This document shows, piece after piece, positions 62,452 through 64,000 of a stretch of 64,000 nucleotides of DNA; position 1 is the stretch's first letter; each line of letters begins with the position of its first letter. Position numbers and translations under genes: made by a program. The notes under the pieces were generated by a model that saw only the letters and a list, made by a program, of their open reading frames with translations, was not told the origin of the DNA and searched no databases. This stretch comes from Paramoeba atlantica (lineage: Eukaryota; Protista; Discosea): assembly GCA_977017575.1 (NCBI GenBank), contig CDRNVI010000055.1:1-64000 (forward strand), given 5' to 3'.

Positions 62452-63798
62452 TTAAATAAAATCGTCCTCGAGATCAAACGCGTCCTTACTGTCCTGCTCA
62501 TGCACTTCGCCTTGCTCCAGCTCTTCCAGTTGTACAAAATCAATTTGATACCGAAGCAAACCTCCAATCCCACCGAACCCACGCACAAACTGCGCCCCCT
62601 CTTGGCTTCGGTTCGTGACAAACTCCAGCGTGCAGCCGTACTTCCGGTACTTCTCTGCGAGGTGTTCGACGAGGGAGCCCGACTCGACCTCGAGCGTACA
62701 AAGCCCAGTCTCCGGGTCTCGAGTAAAATCCTGTTTAGCAGCCTCCGCTGCACTCATGTCGTACTCGGTCACCGTACCCGTATTGGGGTCTGTTACCTCA
62801 AAATGCTTCGTAGCGAGCTCCTCCCACACAATAAGTGTCTCCACGGCACCCATACGTAGTGCTTTCATGGTATCCTTTACGGAGTAGCAATACCGATTGG
62901 TGTTTTGCGCAATTTCCTCCATAAATTTTTGCAGCAATTTCTTCTCTTGCACAAGTTTCACCCCCGCGAGCACAGGGCCGCTGAGATCAATTGCTTGGTT
63001 CAGCCCCACCTCCCCGGGGTGGGCAATATCCAGCACGGCGACGATCACGGCACGTAGCCGGGGGTCAAACAGGTCAGAGCCCGCGAGGACGTCTTTAAAA
63101 TCCGCGCTACCGGCCAGAACGAGACCAGAAATATTTGGACGATCGACGGCAATAAAAAACTGTGTCGCGAGCTCGGCGACTTTATGCACGTAGTTGTGTC
63201 GACGCTCCTCACGGATGCGTGCGAAACGGTTTTTACTTTGTCCCCCGCGTCCGTGTTTCTTTGGGAGATCCACGGCGAAACGGTGCAGGACATCGCGCTG
63301 GCTGCCCTGTACGGTAGCGTAGAGAGTCCCGGAGCCGTCGATAATAATAAACCCGAATTTGTCATCGCTTTCGAGCATTTTACGAAGCTCGTCGGTGTGG
63401 AATTTGTTGTCGCAGTGGTACATGCTGCGGGTGACGGGTTTAACGGGCTCAAAGTCGAAGGTGATTTTCTTCTCCTTGTTGTCCTCGGTGAGTACAGTGC
63501 CGCAGTACACAATAAGGCCATTGGGGGGTACCCCACGGTACATTTTTAGCCGACCCAGACACGCGGTGATGGCTGTCTGCACGGAGTTCCGGTTGCTTGC
63601 TGATTTAATGTTCGAAGCGGTGCCATGCTCCTCCGTAAGCTTTGTAGTCATTTTGGTGAGCTGATCTCGGGGAGTGAGGTAAAGGGAAATGACGGAAGTT
63701 CCGTTTCCTTTGGCAGCTTCCAGGTTTTCAATTAGCTTCTTTAGGCGCCATCGTTGCACCGCCTTGTCGCTTTCTTCGACAGATTTATCGTCTGACAT
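62452..63798 (-). CDS. ETF1: Eukaryotic peptide chain release factor 1
   Basis: GTS, TASNIKS, YHCDNKF, GRGGQS. Confidence 0.97.
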   Translation of the reverse strand: MSDDKSVEESDKAVQRWRLKKLIENLEAAKGNGTSVISLYLTPRDQLTKMTTKLTEEHGTASNIKSASNRNSVQTAITACLGRLKMYRGVPPNGLIVYCGTVLTEDNKEKKITFDFEPVKPVTRSMYHCDNKFHTDELRKMLESDDKFGFIIIDGSGTLYATVQGSQRDVLHRFAVDLPKKHGRGGQSKNRFARIREERRHNYVHKVAELATQFFIAVDRPNISGLVLAGSADFKDVLAGSDLFDPRLRAVIVAVLDIAHPGEVGLNQAIDLSGPVLAGVKLVQEKKLLQKFMEEIAQNTNRYCYSVKDTMKALRMGAVETLIVWEELATKHFEVTDPNTGTVTEYDMSAAEAAKQDFTRDPETGLCTLEVESGSLVEHLAEKYRKYGCTLEFVTNRSQEGAQFVRGFGGIGGLLRYQIDFVQLEELEQGEVHEQDSKDAFDLEDDFI

Positions 63799-64000
63799 GT
63801 GGAAGAAATAGTGTGTGAACGTATGTTCTTCTAATTTTGTTTGTTGATAAGTATTGAGATTTTTCCCAAATGCCTCTTGAGTCTCATACTCACTATGTAA
63901 AAACTGTGTATATTTTAATCGAGGCTTTACTATTCTACTTTCCCAATACAGTGTAATTGGCCGATCACGCGCACTATTTTATTACGAGGAGCGAAACAGT

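Noticed and set aside
62452-63798. Host stop-codon reassignment (Blastocrithidia-like)
   Set aside because: No in-frame stops in host CDSs, TGA is used as a terminator (e.g. 16320-16322), and eRF1 recognition motifs are intact.
1-64000. tRNA, rRNA, SL RNA genes and cis-spliced introns
   Set aside because: None recognised by eye; tRNAscan and Infernal were not run.

Overview
Intron-less eukaryotic nuclear DNA with kinetoplastid hallmarks. All 26 host-type CDSs lie on the minus strand as one co-oriented cluster, and they include kinetoplastid-type RNA-editing factors (a KREH2-like DExH helicase and an MRP1/2-like gRNA-binding protein), a bacterial-type topoisomerase IA, a PPR protein and PrimPol. 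The lineage assignment is an inference and could be an early-branching, Perkinsela/bodonid-like kinetoplastid. Intergenic islands are full of decayed mobile DNA: TA-flanked IS630/Tc1-like elements (DD35E where countable), pogo-like, PIF/Harbinger(ISL2EU)-like and hAT remnants, a HERO-like non-LTR endonuclease ORF, MITEs, and TA-flanked micro-remnants of 8-64 bp. Signals not in the ORF track: (1) four copies of an 83-nt C/D-box snoRNA antisense to LSU rRNA (site equivalent to yeast Gm2791); (2) about 1-kb GC islands where synonymous codons flip from C-ending to G-ending inside single genes, an origin- or promoter-like skew inversion; (3) TGA at conserved Trp positions in transposases while host genes use the standard code; (4) one plus-strand orphan gene behind a pure-AT palindrome; (5) a 10/11-bp phased repeat array. 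All family calls come from motif recognition by eye; no searches were run.
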